A stretch of DNA of 64,000 bases, taken from Eledone cirrhosa. Its lineage: Eukaryota. Under the pieces are notes generated by a model, which saw only the letters and a program-made list of their open reading frames with translations, was not told the DNA's origin and ran no database searches. The stretch is from NCBI GenBank assembly GCA_964016885.1, contig OZ024740.1, forward strand, positions 164,424,001-164,488,000, given 5' to 3'. Shown in pieces: positions 27,400 to 43,837 of this stretch (positions are counted from its first letter, which is position 1; every line of letters starts with the position of its first letter). A program made the translations under genes and the position numbers.

Positions 27400-28895
27400 C
27401 ATTAATGGGAAGAAGGAATTCAATAGCAACAGCCTCATTACCAAGAGACTGACGACAAAGGAATAGAACCATTTGAATGCATAGATAGAAGTAGGCGTAC
27501 CCTAAAAGACATAAAGGTTCTGACCTACAAAAGCTAATTTAGAGCAACACAGCCAAAAAGACAAATGAAAAGAAAGATATAGGAAAACGAACCCCTAAAG
27601 ACAAAATCCAACAACACTTAGGATAAAGCTGGAATTAATCTAAGAATTTCAAACAATAGAATTCCCTATGGATCTCAGAATATACCTCATAAAGATAAAA
27701 TTTAATAATAAAATAGCAACAATAATAAAAAAAAAACGCTAAGCAAAACTCGTAGAATTAATAAACGATAATCAATCTAATGTACCCCCTTTGATCTACA
27801 CTAACAAAAATAACAAAACACATACAAACATGGAAATGAAAGATACAAAAATAGAGGGGAAATAAAAGAGAATGCCTCTCAAGCTTAAACGAAATAGGAA
27901 AGAAAACAACAAAACTAGGAATAGCAAAGAAAAAAAATAAAACAGCAGAAAATACTAAAGAAATGTAAGAGCAGAAAAGGGAATCCCAGAGACTAGGGAA
28001 TAATTAAAATAAATACTTGCAAAAGCACAACCAATCCGTAGATATGAAAAGCGCTAAAAGTACTCCAATCCATAAGGACTCTACTAGGAACTTCATAAGA
28101 GCAACATAGCGGTAAATATAGCCCCAAAAGTAAAATATATGGGATTATAGCAAAGGGAGAAGAGACATCAGTATGCACAGAACTAGCAAGTACAATGAAC
28201 ATAGCAATGAACAACTATGGGAAGATATTACAATAGATGATGTTGAAAAAAAGCAAGCAACTAGAAGGCACTGGGACATGAACAGATACTGAACATTTGA
28301 TTGAAATATGTAAAATAAACAGACGTTGTATGTATATAAACGTTTCATGAGATGATGTCAGAGCCAGAAAAAAACCTGACCTGCTCACTAAAGGGGAAAT
28401 AAGCCTGATCTCCAAGAGTATTAACACAGCAAGCCCCAAACACTACAGGCACATAGCATGCTTGCCTACTATATACTTTAAATGCAATAGTATTGCAGAG
28501 TCTGATCAAACATCTGAAAAAGTCAACCGGCTTCTAGAAAAACAGAAATCATGCTGCAAAGACTCATATGGCTGTAAAGATCAGTTGCTAATCAAGAAAC
28601 CCATAATCGAAAACTGCAGAAGAAAAAAAAAAACTCAGCGTAGCATGATGATTACAAAGAGGCGTTTGATAGTGCTCCCCATACATGGATACTGAACACA
28701 CTAGCCATGACTAAAGTAGTGCTAACAATAAAATCATTTATCAAGCATTTATAAGTGAGTGGCAAACACTCCTGCAGATACGAAACAGGGAACAATAAAA
28801 ACTGAACCCATCCCAATCAACAGGGGGACATTTTAAGGGGACTCCCTGTCAGCACTGCTTTTGTGCCTAGCACTGACGCCATTATCTGGGACACT
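27400..28895 (+). mobile_element. Decayed R4/Dong-like RT fragment
   Basis: P.HYRHIACLPTIY, EKQK.C.K.SYGCKDQLLI, DYKEAFDS, GDSLSALLFCLAL.PLS in broken frames. Confidence 0.7.
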
Positions 28896-29180
28896 AATCG
28901 TGGTCGAAATAATCTGTGACCCAAAAGCATTGTTAATACGATGATTTGATGCTGCTGCACTTAGGCCAGATTTGAAGTCATAAAGTAAACAGCCTTGAAT
29001 GAAGGGTTTGGACAAATCCGTGTTGCGTCACATTTGACGGTGAAACAGAAAATTAGAAATGCACATGGAGCCTATCAGCGTCACCTCTTGTATATGTGCG
29101 CATGTGCAACCTTCAGCATTTCCAGAAAACTCTACAAAAATACCTCTTTTTGTAAAACGTCGGGAACTTTCTGTCCAATA
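28896..29180 (-). mobile_element. Mariner-type transposon 5' remnant
   Basis: ORF start MSKPFIQGCLLYDFKSGLSAAASNHRINNAFG resembles the mariner N-terminal HTH. Terminal sequence ends at a TA. Confidence 0.65.
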
Positions 29181-29854
29181 TATGTGTATATCTGTTTTGC
29201 GCAATGTATTTTCAGGCATGTAATTAATTATATTCTTATATGTCAAATATATATTTAGTAAGGTTGTGAAATATATCTCTTCCAACTCACTATCTCTCTT
29301 TGGACAAATAATGGTTCATGATGAGGCAGAGAAAAAAAAACCCGTCTTTTTGTAAAACTGCATTATTGATGGTAGATGAAAAATGGTTGTCAGAGAGAGG
29401 GGGAGAGATGGGGAGTGAGAGAAGGAAAAAGAGGGGGAAAGAGAGAGAGCGCAGAGGTAGGGACACAAAAGTGAGGAGGGAAGGAGGAAGAGAACAAAAA
29501 GTGGGAGATTGAGATGGCATTCCCATGAAAGACGAAGGGAAGGTTATAGATGAACGTGAGAGAAAGTTACTAGAAAAAATAGGCGATCATCGAGGAAAGA
29601 CACACGAGGAACGGGCATTGATTTCAGCATTTAGATTTCAATTAAGATGGCGCTTGTTGTGTGACCATTTCAGTTTTGACCCGCAAACTGATCTGACCAG
29701 GGAAGCGAAAGCTCGTGACACCCTCTCAGTAAATAATAAGTAAATATAAATAGAAGTAAAAATGCAACGAAAACAATAATACTCCGCCAAAAAAAAGAAG
29801 AAGAAAAAGAAGAAGAAGAAGAAGAAGAAGAAGAAGAAGAAGAAGAAGAAGAAG

Positions 29855-29885
<31 letters not shown>

Positions 29886-30389
29886 TGATGATGATGATGA
29901 TGAATACGAAGAAAATGAAGCCCCCCCAAAAAACGAAGAGGAACGACAACAATGACAATAACAGCAAGAAAACGAAAAATGTACAAAAAAACAATAAAAC
30001 ATGAATAAGCAAAAACGAAGAGGAAAAGAGGAAAATAAGTCAGTGAAGCTTATATATTTTTCTCATCAATCGTGTTTCTATTGTCATTATGTTGTGATGA
30101 TAACGTCAAAGCAATTAAACGTTGAGAAGGACAAAGCGAGAGAGAGAGAAAGAGAGAGGGAGATAGAGAGAGAGAGGGAGACAGGGAGAGAGAGAAAGAG
30201 GGGGATAGTGAGAGAGTGGAGAAAGTGAGAAAGACAAAGAGAAAGGGAAAGTGTTTGAGTAAAATACACATACAAAAAAAGACGATAGCAAAATAATAAG
30301 AATGAGAATGATAGGGCTACTGTGAAAGATAGGGAAGAAATACGAAGGAAAATATAGATATATGTGTATTTAAATACAAACATACATAC

Positions 30390-30437
<48 letters not shown>

Positions 30438-30629
30438 CATATATATATGTGTGTGTGTGTGTGAAAATGTGTGTGTATGTGGGCAGGGTGCAAAAGATGC
30501 CTATATATTCACATTTATATAGGAATAGGCAAGTGGGCAAATTTTCGCATTTACAAACACACACACACACGCGCGCGCGCGCACACACACACACGCATAC
30601 ACGCACACGCACACACACACATCTGTATA

Positions 30630-30694
<65 letters not shown>

Positions 30695-30696
30695 AT

Positions 30697-30782
<86 letters not shown>

Positions 30783-30907
30783 ATATTATTTGCTGAAGTA
30801 AAGAAATACACCAACGATGGAAAGAAATATAGATGTCAGTATATATATGAAAGATAATGCGAATGGGAGAGAGAGAGAGAGGGGAGAGAAAGAGAGGAGA
30901 GAGAGAG

Positions 30908-30984
<77 letters not shown>

Positions 30985-31111
30985 CAACTAGACAGATAAA
31001 GAATAATGAGAAATAAGGGATTGTAAAGGATTAAAGAAATGGAAATGAAGAAATTATAGTTACTTTCTGAGAGATTATGACAGGGACGTCTGGAAACGCG
31101 TGGAATATATA

Positions 31112-31811
31112 TGCATATATAGGAAAAGCAAACAAGATAAAAAAAAAAGTCTTCACTTTAATGTCCCTACTGCAGTTTCATTGAGAAAATAACGATACTC
31201 CGAGTAGAGTATCACGAGAAATCTCAAATCATCAGGAGACTTTCTCGGTCCAGAAATAAAGTTCAAGACAAGAATTCCCACCATTCGCTGTCAGTAAACA
31301 TTTCGAATGAAAGAACTATCACGTGACAAGCGACCAACAGGAGGGTAATATATGTGGACAATGACAGGCTACGTGCTACTAGGAAAAGTAGTTCGATTCG
31401 GCCAAATTTTCACTCTACCATAAGGGAGTGTATTATATTAAACGAAGAAGTATATATATATATCTACGCGAGTATAGGTACAAGTGTAGATACATACAGA
31501 GAATCAACTTATACTACGTTTGTTCTTATGAAAGAGTTATTAACATCAACAGATTCAGAGCCTAATAAAATCATATATGGATTTAAGATTTCTCGCGATA
31601 CTCTACTCGGAGTATCGTTATTTTCTCAATGAAACTGCAGTAGAGACATTAAAGTGAGAAAGTAAAGATTTTTTCTTACCTTGTTTGCTTTTCCCATATA
31701 TGATTTTATTAGGCTTTGAATCTGTTGATTTTATTAACTCTTTCATAGAACCAAACTTAGTATAAGTTGGACGGTCTGAATGTATCTACACTTGTACCTA
31801 TACTCGTGTAC

Positions 31812-31812
<1 letters not shown>
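31112..31812 (-). mobile_element. Non-coding hammerhead element: one 458-nt unit plus inverted arm
   Basis: 31114-31224 is inverted at 31586-31702, and 31455-31580 is inverted at 31694-31812. The unit is terminally redundant (catatat(a)gg at 31114 and 31572). Confidence 0.85.
31163..31240 (-). ncRNA. Type-I hammerhead ribozyme with extended stem II
   Basis: GTCTC-CTGATGA-T-TTGAGA..GATACTC tactcg GAGTATC..TCTCAA-T-GAAA-CTGCAG-TA-GGGAC. Intact core and GUA site. Confidence 0.85.
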
Positions 31813-31844
<32 letters not shown>

Positions 31845-31913
31845 TTAAAATAACAGATTAAAGTTTAAGCAAAGAATCGCTGCTTTCACCCTTAACAGGA
31901 TCTTCTGAAACTA
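31845..31913 (-). ncRNA. Variant hammerhead (CAGAAGA core)
   Basis: AGTTT-CAGAAGA-T-CCT gttaa GGG-T-GAAA-GCAG cgattct TTGC-TT-AAACT. Confidence 0.6.
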
Positions 31914-32039
31914 AAAAAAAATCAATCATTTAATATATATATATTAATATATATACACATAGTATAATTGAAATTTCATAAATTTAGTATATATGTGTGA
32001 TCTTAGGTTTACTGGAGCAGTTATGGGCCTGTCTTAATC

Positions 32040-32760
32040 TCCAGGGAAGGGTTTCACACAGTTTCATCACTTTTCAACCAGAGTCCGATCACCTGGTGGT
32101 CCTCAACATCAATAGAACGATCAAAACGCACATCCTCTCTGCCTACTTGCCGACTGAAATCATCTCACACATCACTAAGGATCTACGATCAACTACAACA
32201 TGTACTGGGCCTGATTCCAAAAACAGAAATGACCATCGTCGCTGGTGACCTCAAAGCCCACGTTGACTGGTTGGGGGACTATCATAGGCACTTTTAGGAA
32301 CGGGAAGATAAAAAACGATCGAATCCTCCTTCTATCCTGCACCACAACCATCAACCTGGTCATCTGGAACATCCGCTTCTAGCATCCTCTGAAACATCAG
32401 CACACATAGCGAAATCCGTCTGGAAAGAACTCGGCGATCCTAGACTATGTCCTTATGAGTGCTCCGTTCTGATCATCACTCAAGAATGTTCGCGCCACCA
32501 GAAGACCCGACTGCGGCTCTGATCACTACCTCGTTCGTGCCTGGATTCGTCTGAAACTCTAACGGGTAAAGAGGAAATTGCCGAAAGTGACAAGATTGTA
32601 TTGGAATCAACTGAGCGATGCCGCCCGACTGCGAGACTTTCAGATCACAATGATCAATCGCTTCGCCTCACTGGCAGCGTCTGACAATGTTGACGATGAA
32701 GAACTTAAGATCTTAAAGTCGATCCTTGAAATGCCAAGCTCATGTGCCCGCCAAGCCCTT
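32040..32760 (+). mobile_element. Decayed LINE apurinic-endonuclease fragment (RTE-like)
   Basis: ILSAYLPTE, IVAGDL.AH, ILDYVL, DCGSDHYLV in broken frames. Confidence 0.7.
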
Positions 32761-32894
32761 GTGCCAGTCAAACAGCTCAACAAATCAAGAGCAACTTAAT
32801 GATAATTAAATATTAATTAGTCGCTAATACTTAAACATCACAATGAATGCATAAAATACATAGATAAAATATCAATCAGAGAAACAGTATTACA

Positions 32895-33395
32895 TATAAA
32901 TTTTAGTGAAAACCTCTATTTATGGGAGTATAAGCCAAAGAGTCCAAAAATAATTTTAGTCAATGTCACTTACATATCGATCTCCCTACCATGGTTTCAT
33001 TTGTTAAGGAGGGAATTACTGGAAAAGATCAATATTTGAAGAATCCACAAATTTTGGCTGCTATTTCTAACGGTATTGCAAGCCTACCACGTAGTCCTAA
33101 TATTAAGAGACATTTGTTCATGTAACGGTTCAATTACACAACGTGTTTTTGCACAGTATGCTGGATCGGCAACAGGATGTGGAATTTCATGATAAATATT
33201 GTCTCTTTGAATTGAAGATTTACTCTCCTGACGAATTTGTGGATTACTCAAATACTGTTCTTTTCTCATAATTACTTCTTCCACTTAATGAAACCATGGT
33301 AGATAGGTCGATATATAAGTAAGATTGACTTTTTTTAGGAGGGGGGGGGGGGGCTTTCTGGCTTAAACTCCCATAGAGCTTTCACCTACACTTAA
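32895..33395 (+). mobile_element. Older fold-back hammerhead element
   Basis: Diverged inverted arms ~32895-33053 and ~33234-33395. HHR at 33223-33306. Confidence 0.75.
33223..33306 (+). ncRNA. Type-I hammerhead with extended stem II
   Basis: CTCTC-CTGACGA-ATTTGTGGA..TCCACTTAAT-GAAA-CCATGG-TA. The inverted copy retains the stem-I partner GGGAG and ATTTGT/ACAAAT. Confidence 0.75.
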
Positions 33396-33409
33396 TATAT
33401 TATACATAT

Positions 33410-33442
<33 letters not shown>

Positions 33443-34949
33443 CCTACATATATATGTGTATGTGTGTGTGTTACACGGCGTAGAAGCGATGCATGGCATT
33501 GAAATTAGTAGCGGTTTTCAGCTAGATCCCATTGTTTTCTCAATAGTCTAGTGTCGTCTTTCAAGTGTATTGTTGCAGTCTCACACAGACCTATTTCAAT
33601 TTAGAAGAGTCGGGAGCATGAAGATATTTCTCTCTCTCTCTCCCTCTATCTCTCTCTCTCTTCAATTTTATTATCATCAACACCATCAAAACCATCATCA
33701 TCAGCACCACGGAGTTATCTTATTTTATTTCATATTGTGTTTAGCAAACACTCGTTTAAATTTGATAAAGGTTTTCTCAAAAAAGGAATTTTTCTTTCTT
33801 TTTTGTTGCGTGAAGCCAAATGGCTTTTCGGTCGAGCCGAGACACCACTTGTAATAAAGATAACTTTGCACAACAGGAGCAAAAGCATATAGATGCGTTT
33901 ACAAGTATTTTCACAACGTGAAATTGGCCAATATATTTGTGAGACATTTAGCTAGATTATTTTACACGCTGCACTTTCGTAGAGCAATTATCAATGTCAC
34001 AGCGGGTGGACTCATCGGCATGTGTATATTTCTAACGTCTTCTGGTTTTATTTCTAAAATGTTTCACCAATAGTGAAATAGTTGTTTTTTTAAACAAGGT
34101 CCCTTTATTAGGATTCAAAGTTTATCAACAAGGGAGCCCTCTATCTTTGTATGCATGCATGTGTGTATGTATGTATGTATGTATGTATGTATGTATGTAT
34201 GTATGTATGTACGCATGTGAGTATGTATGTATGTATGTATGTATGTATGTATGTATGTATGTATGTATGTATGTATGTATGTATGTATGTATGGGATAAC
34301 TCCGACATAAAACCTGCGGCTCAGTAGTTACCGATGATGTTGATCTTTTCTTCTTTTCAGGTTATAACTACTGTCGCTCAGAGAGTGGGATTGGCTCAGT
34401 GCACAGTCTTTCCTCACTTAAAATAAATCTTCACGCACAGGCATTGCACGATAAAATTAATTAATAATTATTAATAGTGGTATATCGTGCAATGGCCATA
34501 CTCGATAACGAGGGGACATCATCATGTATGTATGTTCTTCTGGTTTCATTATTTTATAAATTTTAGCAATAGAGAAAGAACCAGTTTCTAACACAGACAC
34601 AAGTGTCTTTCGTTGGAATGTTTACATGTATGTATGTATGAATGTATCTATGTATGTATGCCTGTGTATATATGTATTAATATATATATATGTTCTGCTT
34701 TTACTTTTTTTTGCTCACCAATAGCGAGGGAGTCAGTTTTTAACATAGAAACAATACTTTTTTATTGGAATTTAGACATCAACTAGGTATATGCATATGC
34801 ATATTTGTGTTTGTGTGCATGTATGGATGTTATTACATGTGTGGATTTGAGTTATATATGTATACGGGCATATACATGTGTGTATGGAGTTATTACATAC
34901 CAAATTTCAGTTCCATTAATGGACTACGCATGTAACTATCTAACAATAG

Positions 34950-36400
34950 TTGTACTGAGACATTAGGTAACATATCCAGGAGTCCCAATAATCTAAAGGT
35001 AGAGTCAGGGTGGAATGTCTGCAGATTCCTTATTAGTTCAGCATAAATGTTCTCCTTTTCACGAATCTATACCATTATATTGACATCTGCCGGGCAGCCG
35101 ATTTCCACTACTGTGCATGCTTTCTTTTCTCTGTCCCATGTCACTAAATCTGTTCAGTTATCTTTGCATTTATTGGAGTATCGACTGGAACATTTCATCA
35201 TTACTCTTTCATATTTGTGTAATTTTTTATATTACAATTCGCAAGGCTATAATTTCTACAGATTATATTATATAGTGTTTTGGCCACTGCATTATGCCTC
35301 ATAAGTAAATAGTATCATTATGACATCGTTGGACAAATGCATTTGACGTTGGTGACATATTCAATGTTTATTCCGCTTAGTCTGCAACTGTTGTCATATG
35401 TAGGGGTGTTGACTGCATCTCTTTCTCTTTTCTGCATCAGGTATTTCGTTGTTATTTCCGGTGTTTGGTTTGCAAAATCATATTCTTCGAAGTGAGAGCC
35501 AATATACCATTTTTGGTCCCAGATAACTACTTTGTCTATCCATATTACTCTCACTCTGAAGCTTTCTTGCAACTTAGCTAAGCATGATTTCATTGCAGTG
35601 TTGCTGTGCAATGTTCCTGGGTGAGAGCTTTTGAGTATCATGCAGGGAGTATTTTTCAAGGAGCTCCTTCCCAACTCTCATGAGATTATCTGCTTCATGC
35701 AGACTTGTTCCATTTATGGGCTCCTACGCTTGTTGATTCGTAGATGTTGTTGGAAGGATGTGATGCAACACTCAAATGCTGTTTGGATTGATGTTAAGCC
35801 TCTGCCTACCTGTTTACGTTTCAGGTAGAGGAGAACTCTATCAATGTTGATATTGACGTTTCTGGTGCCGGTTAGAACTTTTCGGGTTTTAAGATCTATG
35901 GCTCAGATCCAAACTAGCGCATAGTAAAGTAGTTCAGATGTTGGTGTAAGCCCAGGCACAGCACACACACTTTGAGCCACAGATTTATTGTGCACAGAGT
36001 GTTCAGAAGACTATTTGCCCTATTCAGGTGTTATTCCCTGATTACTCATTCCTTGAAACAAATTCCATCATATAATATATTAAAAATCATCCGTAAGTAT
36101 TTGTAGTTATCCTTGTCGGATACCCGTGAAACTGTCAGGCTATTGACAGATGCTGCTAGAGTGTCTTGTAGTTTTTCCTCGCTTTAGAATCATATAGGTA
36201 GTTTTATCTTGGCCAAAATCCACTCCTCAATCTTTCGAGCACATCGTAACCATGTCAAACTTGTTCTCCATACAATTTATATTCTTAGCATACATTTTCA
36301 TGTCAGTCACAAAGAAGTTATGTGTTAGTTTTGTGTTTTTGCCTCCTGTAAGCCAATAATGTATCCTACATATTTCTTCAGAATAAAGGGCAAAGTATAA
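34950..36400 (-). mobile_element. Highly decayed R4/Dong-like element 3' part
   Basis: Reverse strand reads ...FFVTDMKMYA (degenerate YxDD), YKYL, TRK.L, CRL....IEYV..KC.C, VIWD. Confidence 0.55.
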
Positions 36401-39071
36401 ATAGTATGTCTTCAGAATAAAGGCACAGTATAAATAGTATGTCTTGAAATATATCACTGCAACATTCTATAAAAATCAATGACGATATATTCCTCTTTCT
36501 TTGTATAACCTCCATATCACGGTAAACTATGTTTTTTATCAACAGAATTAGCCTTTCTACAGATTGCACTGTATATTATTTTATCAGAGACATAATGCTT
36601 CGTGTAAATATAGTATAGTGATGGCATTTTCGGACTACCTTGTTTATCTATGTTACACTCAATCTGAAACTCTATAACAACATAACCATGCATGGTCTTC
36701 TAATGATATGCAAAATTCCTTGCATCTGCAGTTTTAATGTGGTAGCGTATTGCAACCTCTGTGAGAGTCATCAGTCAGAGAATACGTTTTTTGGAGATCT
36801 CTTCTAGCTTTCATGATTTTATCAGTCACATCTACATAGATTTGATTCCTGGATGTATAATTTGACGCTTGTTGACAACTAGATGATGTGACATTTAAAT
36901 GTTATTTCAATCGATATTAACCCTCTACTAACTAGTCTTCGTTTTAGAGATTTATGTAAAGGCAGTCAATTCCATTATCGATGTGGAAATGTCTGGTAGT
37001 AGGTAATAGCTTTCAGATTTTAAGGTCAATGGCTCTGACCTCTTTTTGTCTAAGTCGAGTAGCACCAATGCCTATAAGAACATTGTTGCAGCGAAAGGGT
37101 TAGTCACTAATTTATTGAATTCAGAAATGTTTTAGGACCATATTACTTGTTATAAGTCTCCTCAGAAGATATATCTTTACTGATAATTAAGTACCTGTAA
37201 CATTCCTTGTAAAGATATCGCTGAAATAGTAAGATATTTCTTTAAGTTTTCCTTCGTGGAACGTTTATTTTGGCCTATAAAAATGTCGACACACGATCAA
37301 TATTATTTTCATACTATTCATATTATCGAAATATGTTCTGTGCCGATGTTCGTATTTCACAAGAACTGTGAACTAACTACATACTCTTCAAATTTACACC
37401 CTAAAATTCAAGAGATTTCAAGTAAAAACATGTATAAACAGCATCAAAGAGAGTCTGCTTCTTTGAAATATATCTCTGAGATATTTTATCTCATCAAATA
37501 CAATATTATTGCCTTTTGTACTTAACATCAATGTAATGGTTCAGAATAAAGTCAGATTATCTTTGACTCTAATTAAGCTGTGTGACTAGCAGCATCAAGC
37601 ATTACTGAATGTGGAATAGAAATGAATGCGTTCTTGTAATGAAAGCTCTCTTATGCCGGGGAAGCACTGATTTGTTATTTCGAAGGTGCTTAGCTTCTTT
37701 CTTTTTCGCTGCTTGTTCAGCTGCGATGATAGTATTACTATTACAGTGATCCTGGGGGAATAGGTTCAGACAAGTCATATACATTTTAAACACTATATTC
37801 TGCCATGAAATTATCCAGTGGCACTTCGCAATGTAGATACCATTGTTGTTTCGGTATTAGATATACATGTACCGGTGAGCCTGCAATATTTACATCAGCA
37901 GTGAGATGGTGAAAATCAGTTTATTTTGTACAAGTATTCGACAATAAAGTTTATTTCAATTGTTATGAAATTTATTTTCACCACAGTCTCAGGAGTATAG
38001 CCATTGATATTGTATGAAGGTACAATGTTTTGTTTTTCCGCGGATTTCTTCTAGTTACAAGGAAGCATGGTTTAAACACCTTGTCGTCTCTCCAAAGATT
38101 CCTCCAGAATATATGTTATCTTCTTGAGTCGCTAAACATGTTATTGTTTATTTCTTATGTATGCATTTTAATGAAATAATTTTAATATTTTCCTTCTGAT
38201 GCATGATATTCTCGTTAATAGCTTTTAATGACTGATTGAGTGTGATTAATTTACACCTAAATCTTTTTATTTTACTATCTCTAAAATTTTTTACATTTTT
38301 GCTGGTGAGATGGATAAGGAAAGCAATGGAGTTAACGTCATTTTTAGATTTTTCAAGATTCCTTTTGTTTCACATATTCTTAAACTTGTATTTGAATCGA
38401 TGGTGGAAAAAGGTAAAATGAAGACACGTGACAAAATATATACATAAGAATATGAACAATGTGAGTACAGTGGAGATGAATACGTCAAATGGGAAGAGAA
38501 GGAATGTAAATTTTCAGGCTAAACCCCGTATCGAAATAGAGCAAGAATACGAAATAAGAAAAAGTTTAGGAACGATACTAACGTGAAGAACAGATGTGGT
38601 TTGAATGGCTACATGCATATATATACACAGAAATGTGAACATAAATTGTCTCTGCTTAGAATAGTTAACCATATTTGCATACAGCTTGGCAGAGAAAAAA
38701 GCTATAAGAGATTTACCATGTTCTCAACAGGAACCTACGTAATTTGCTTTGGTTTCTTAGAGATAAATTATGGCATTTACCGTACTAGATACAACCAGAG
38801 AAAATATTTTACATACTCCCAGCAGGTATAAACAGTATTCTCAGTAGGTAAATTGTAGCAATTACTATATCAGAAAAATAGTTTATTAAACGTTTATCAT
38901 GTTCTTGTTGCCAGAATATATATATATATATATATTCATTAGTTAAGCAAAACAAGATCACAAATTCACAAGGAAGACGTTATTTAAAGAGCGTCAACAT
39001 AGTTGCAGTTTAATGTAATGAATAAGGAGTGTAATTATAATTTAATGTAAGGAATAATAATAATAATGTCC

Positions 39072-39193
39072 GTTTACAATTGTTTCGCTACTCCATATAA
39101 TGTTTCTGGATCAATTGATTATTAGATAGTTATTGATCTGGTTCAGAGGAAGATAAGTAACTTAATTAATGTTATGGATCAGCTCTTCAGAAC
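39072..39193 (-). ncRNA. Hammerhead with ~97-nt stem II domain (3' pseudo-LTR)
   Basis: GTT-CTGAAGA-GCTG.TCCATAA...TTATATGGA.TAGC-GAAA-CAATTG-TA-AAC. Confidence 0.8.
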
Positions 39194-39605
39194 TTCAAAT
39201 GAGATAATGAAAATATTGATAAAGATAAGATAGAATAAGAAATATAAAATAAAGTACAGTAAGATGGTTACGTGATTGTAAGGTTACATAGATTGGTATT
39301 TCACGAAAGGGGTCCTGGATATCTCAAGTGTCTTCTATAAACAAGCATTACGCTTCTGTCGAGGCTATATTGAGCAAGATCTGCCTATGCATAGCAAGAT
39401 GGCCACTTTAGGAAATTTACCTTACTAATTAGAGACGGGTTTCAATGGAGGTGACTCCTTGAAAAGTTAAATTCATAAGTAATTTATAACTAAGAAGTGC
39501 AAATGACCTTAAATGAGAGACAATGTAGGGGAGGTAACTTATAATTATCTAAGTCTGGGTTAAATATTTAACCTGCTAGCTATATGTAATGGCGAGATTT
39601 GATGA

Positions 39606-42251
<2,646 letters not shown>

Positions 42252-42580
42252 GGTGGCTTCTAACTGTTAATAGCTCAACTACGGGAGCTCGAGTATACAC
42301 AGTTCGAGAGTAAACCAATCTTAAAGAGAGAGATGGAGATAGGAGAAGAGAGATTGGTGAAGGTGTTAGAAGCCAAAAGCGTAAAAACATGTGCTCGATG
42401 TGCAATATGCAGTGGAAGGCAGCTAGAGTGCTGGGTTCATGTAGAGATTAGGTGCACAGAGCTAGAAGTATTCATTAGTTACGCAAAACAAGACCAAGAC
42501 CACAAATTGACAAGGAAGACGTTGCAGTTTAATGTAAGGAATAAGGGGTGTAATTATAGTTTAATGTAAGGAATAATAAT

Positions 42581-42697
42581 AATTGTTTCTACTTTTGGCA
42601 CAAGGCTAGCAATTACTCAGTGTATTACTCGTCCTTTATTTTATCGACCCCGTAAGGATGAAAGGCAAAGTTAACCTCGGCGGGATTTGAAATCAGA
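42581..42697 (-). mobile_element. Truncated SINE inserted in the PLE pseudo-LTR
   Basis: Absent from the 3' repeat. Flanked by duplicated gtaaggaataataataat. Confidence 0.85.
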
Positions 42698-42721
42698 AAG
42701 TAAGGAATAATAATAATGTCC

Positions 42722-42843
42722 GTTTACAATTGTTTCGCTACTCCATATAATGTTTCAGGATCAATTGATTATTAGATCGTTATTGATCTGGTTCAGAGGA
42801 AGATAAGTGACTTAATTAAAGTTATGGACTAGCTCTTCAGAAC
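42722..42843 (-). ncRNA. Hammerhead with ~97-nt stem II domain (5' pseudo-LTR)
   Basis: Same motif 3650 bp away, with perfect GCTA/TAGC stem II base. Confidence 0.8.
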
Positions 42844-43406
42844 TTCAAATGAGATAATGAAAATATTGATGAAGATAAGATGGAATAAGAAATATACAAT
42901 AAAGTACAGTAAGATGGTTACCTGATTGTAAGGTTACATAGATTGGTATTTCACGAAAGGGGTCCTGGATATCTCAAGTGTCTGCTATAAACAAGCATTA
43001 CGCTTCTGTCGAGGCTATATTGAGCAAGATCTGCCTATGCATAGCAAGATGGCCACTTTAGGAAATTTACCTTACTAATTAGAGACGGGTTTCAATGGAG
43101 GTGACTCCTTGAAAAGTTAAATTCATAAGTAATTTATAACTAAGAAGTGCAAATGACCTTAAATGAGAGACAATGTAGGGGAGGTAACTTATAATTATCT
43201 AAGTCAGGGTTAAATATTTAACCTGCTAGCTATATGTAATGGCAAGATTTGATGACTATGTTGGGTCGAATATTCTGTTGGCGAAGGAATTTGCCCTACA
43301 ATGGTGACAGTTAAGAGTTACCTCGTTTCTGTCGTTAATAGGTTGTGGTTGTGACAGAGTTATGTAATAGGCCTCGGTAAGACAGAGATCACAACAGTTT
43401 CTCCGT

Positions 43407-43477
<71 letters not shown>

Positions 43478-43837
43478 CGTGTGTGTGTGCGTGTGTGATT
43501 GTACGTGTGCATGTGAGCATGTGTGAGTATGTGTGTGTGCGTGCGTGAGCATGTGTGTATGCATGTGCCTGTGTCTGTGTCCGTATGCATGTATGTGTTA
43601 TATGCAATTAGATATGTATGCATATGTGTATATGAAGAAGGTTTTGTTTTAGAACTGTTGTATAAAATATAAACAATTTTGTTTTAATTTTATCATATCT
43701 TTATATAATTGATTTTCACATTTTCCAAAACCGTAATACAATAATATGTGAAACTTGGTTAAACTTTTAATGTGTGTTACTGTGTACCAGTGTGTCTGTG
43801 TGTGTATGAGTGTGTCAAATAACTATTGATTTAACAC

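Noticed and set aside
29630-29740. Possible host exon or enhancer (also 33800-34050, 54720-55060, 62280-62420)
   Set aside because: Unique-looking, but no supportable ORF, splice pattern or motif; needs conservation data.
42322-42482. Possible 5'-UTR intron in the PLE
   Set aside because: GT..AG with a pyrimidine tract is plausible but unsupported without transcripts.
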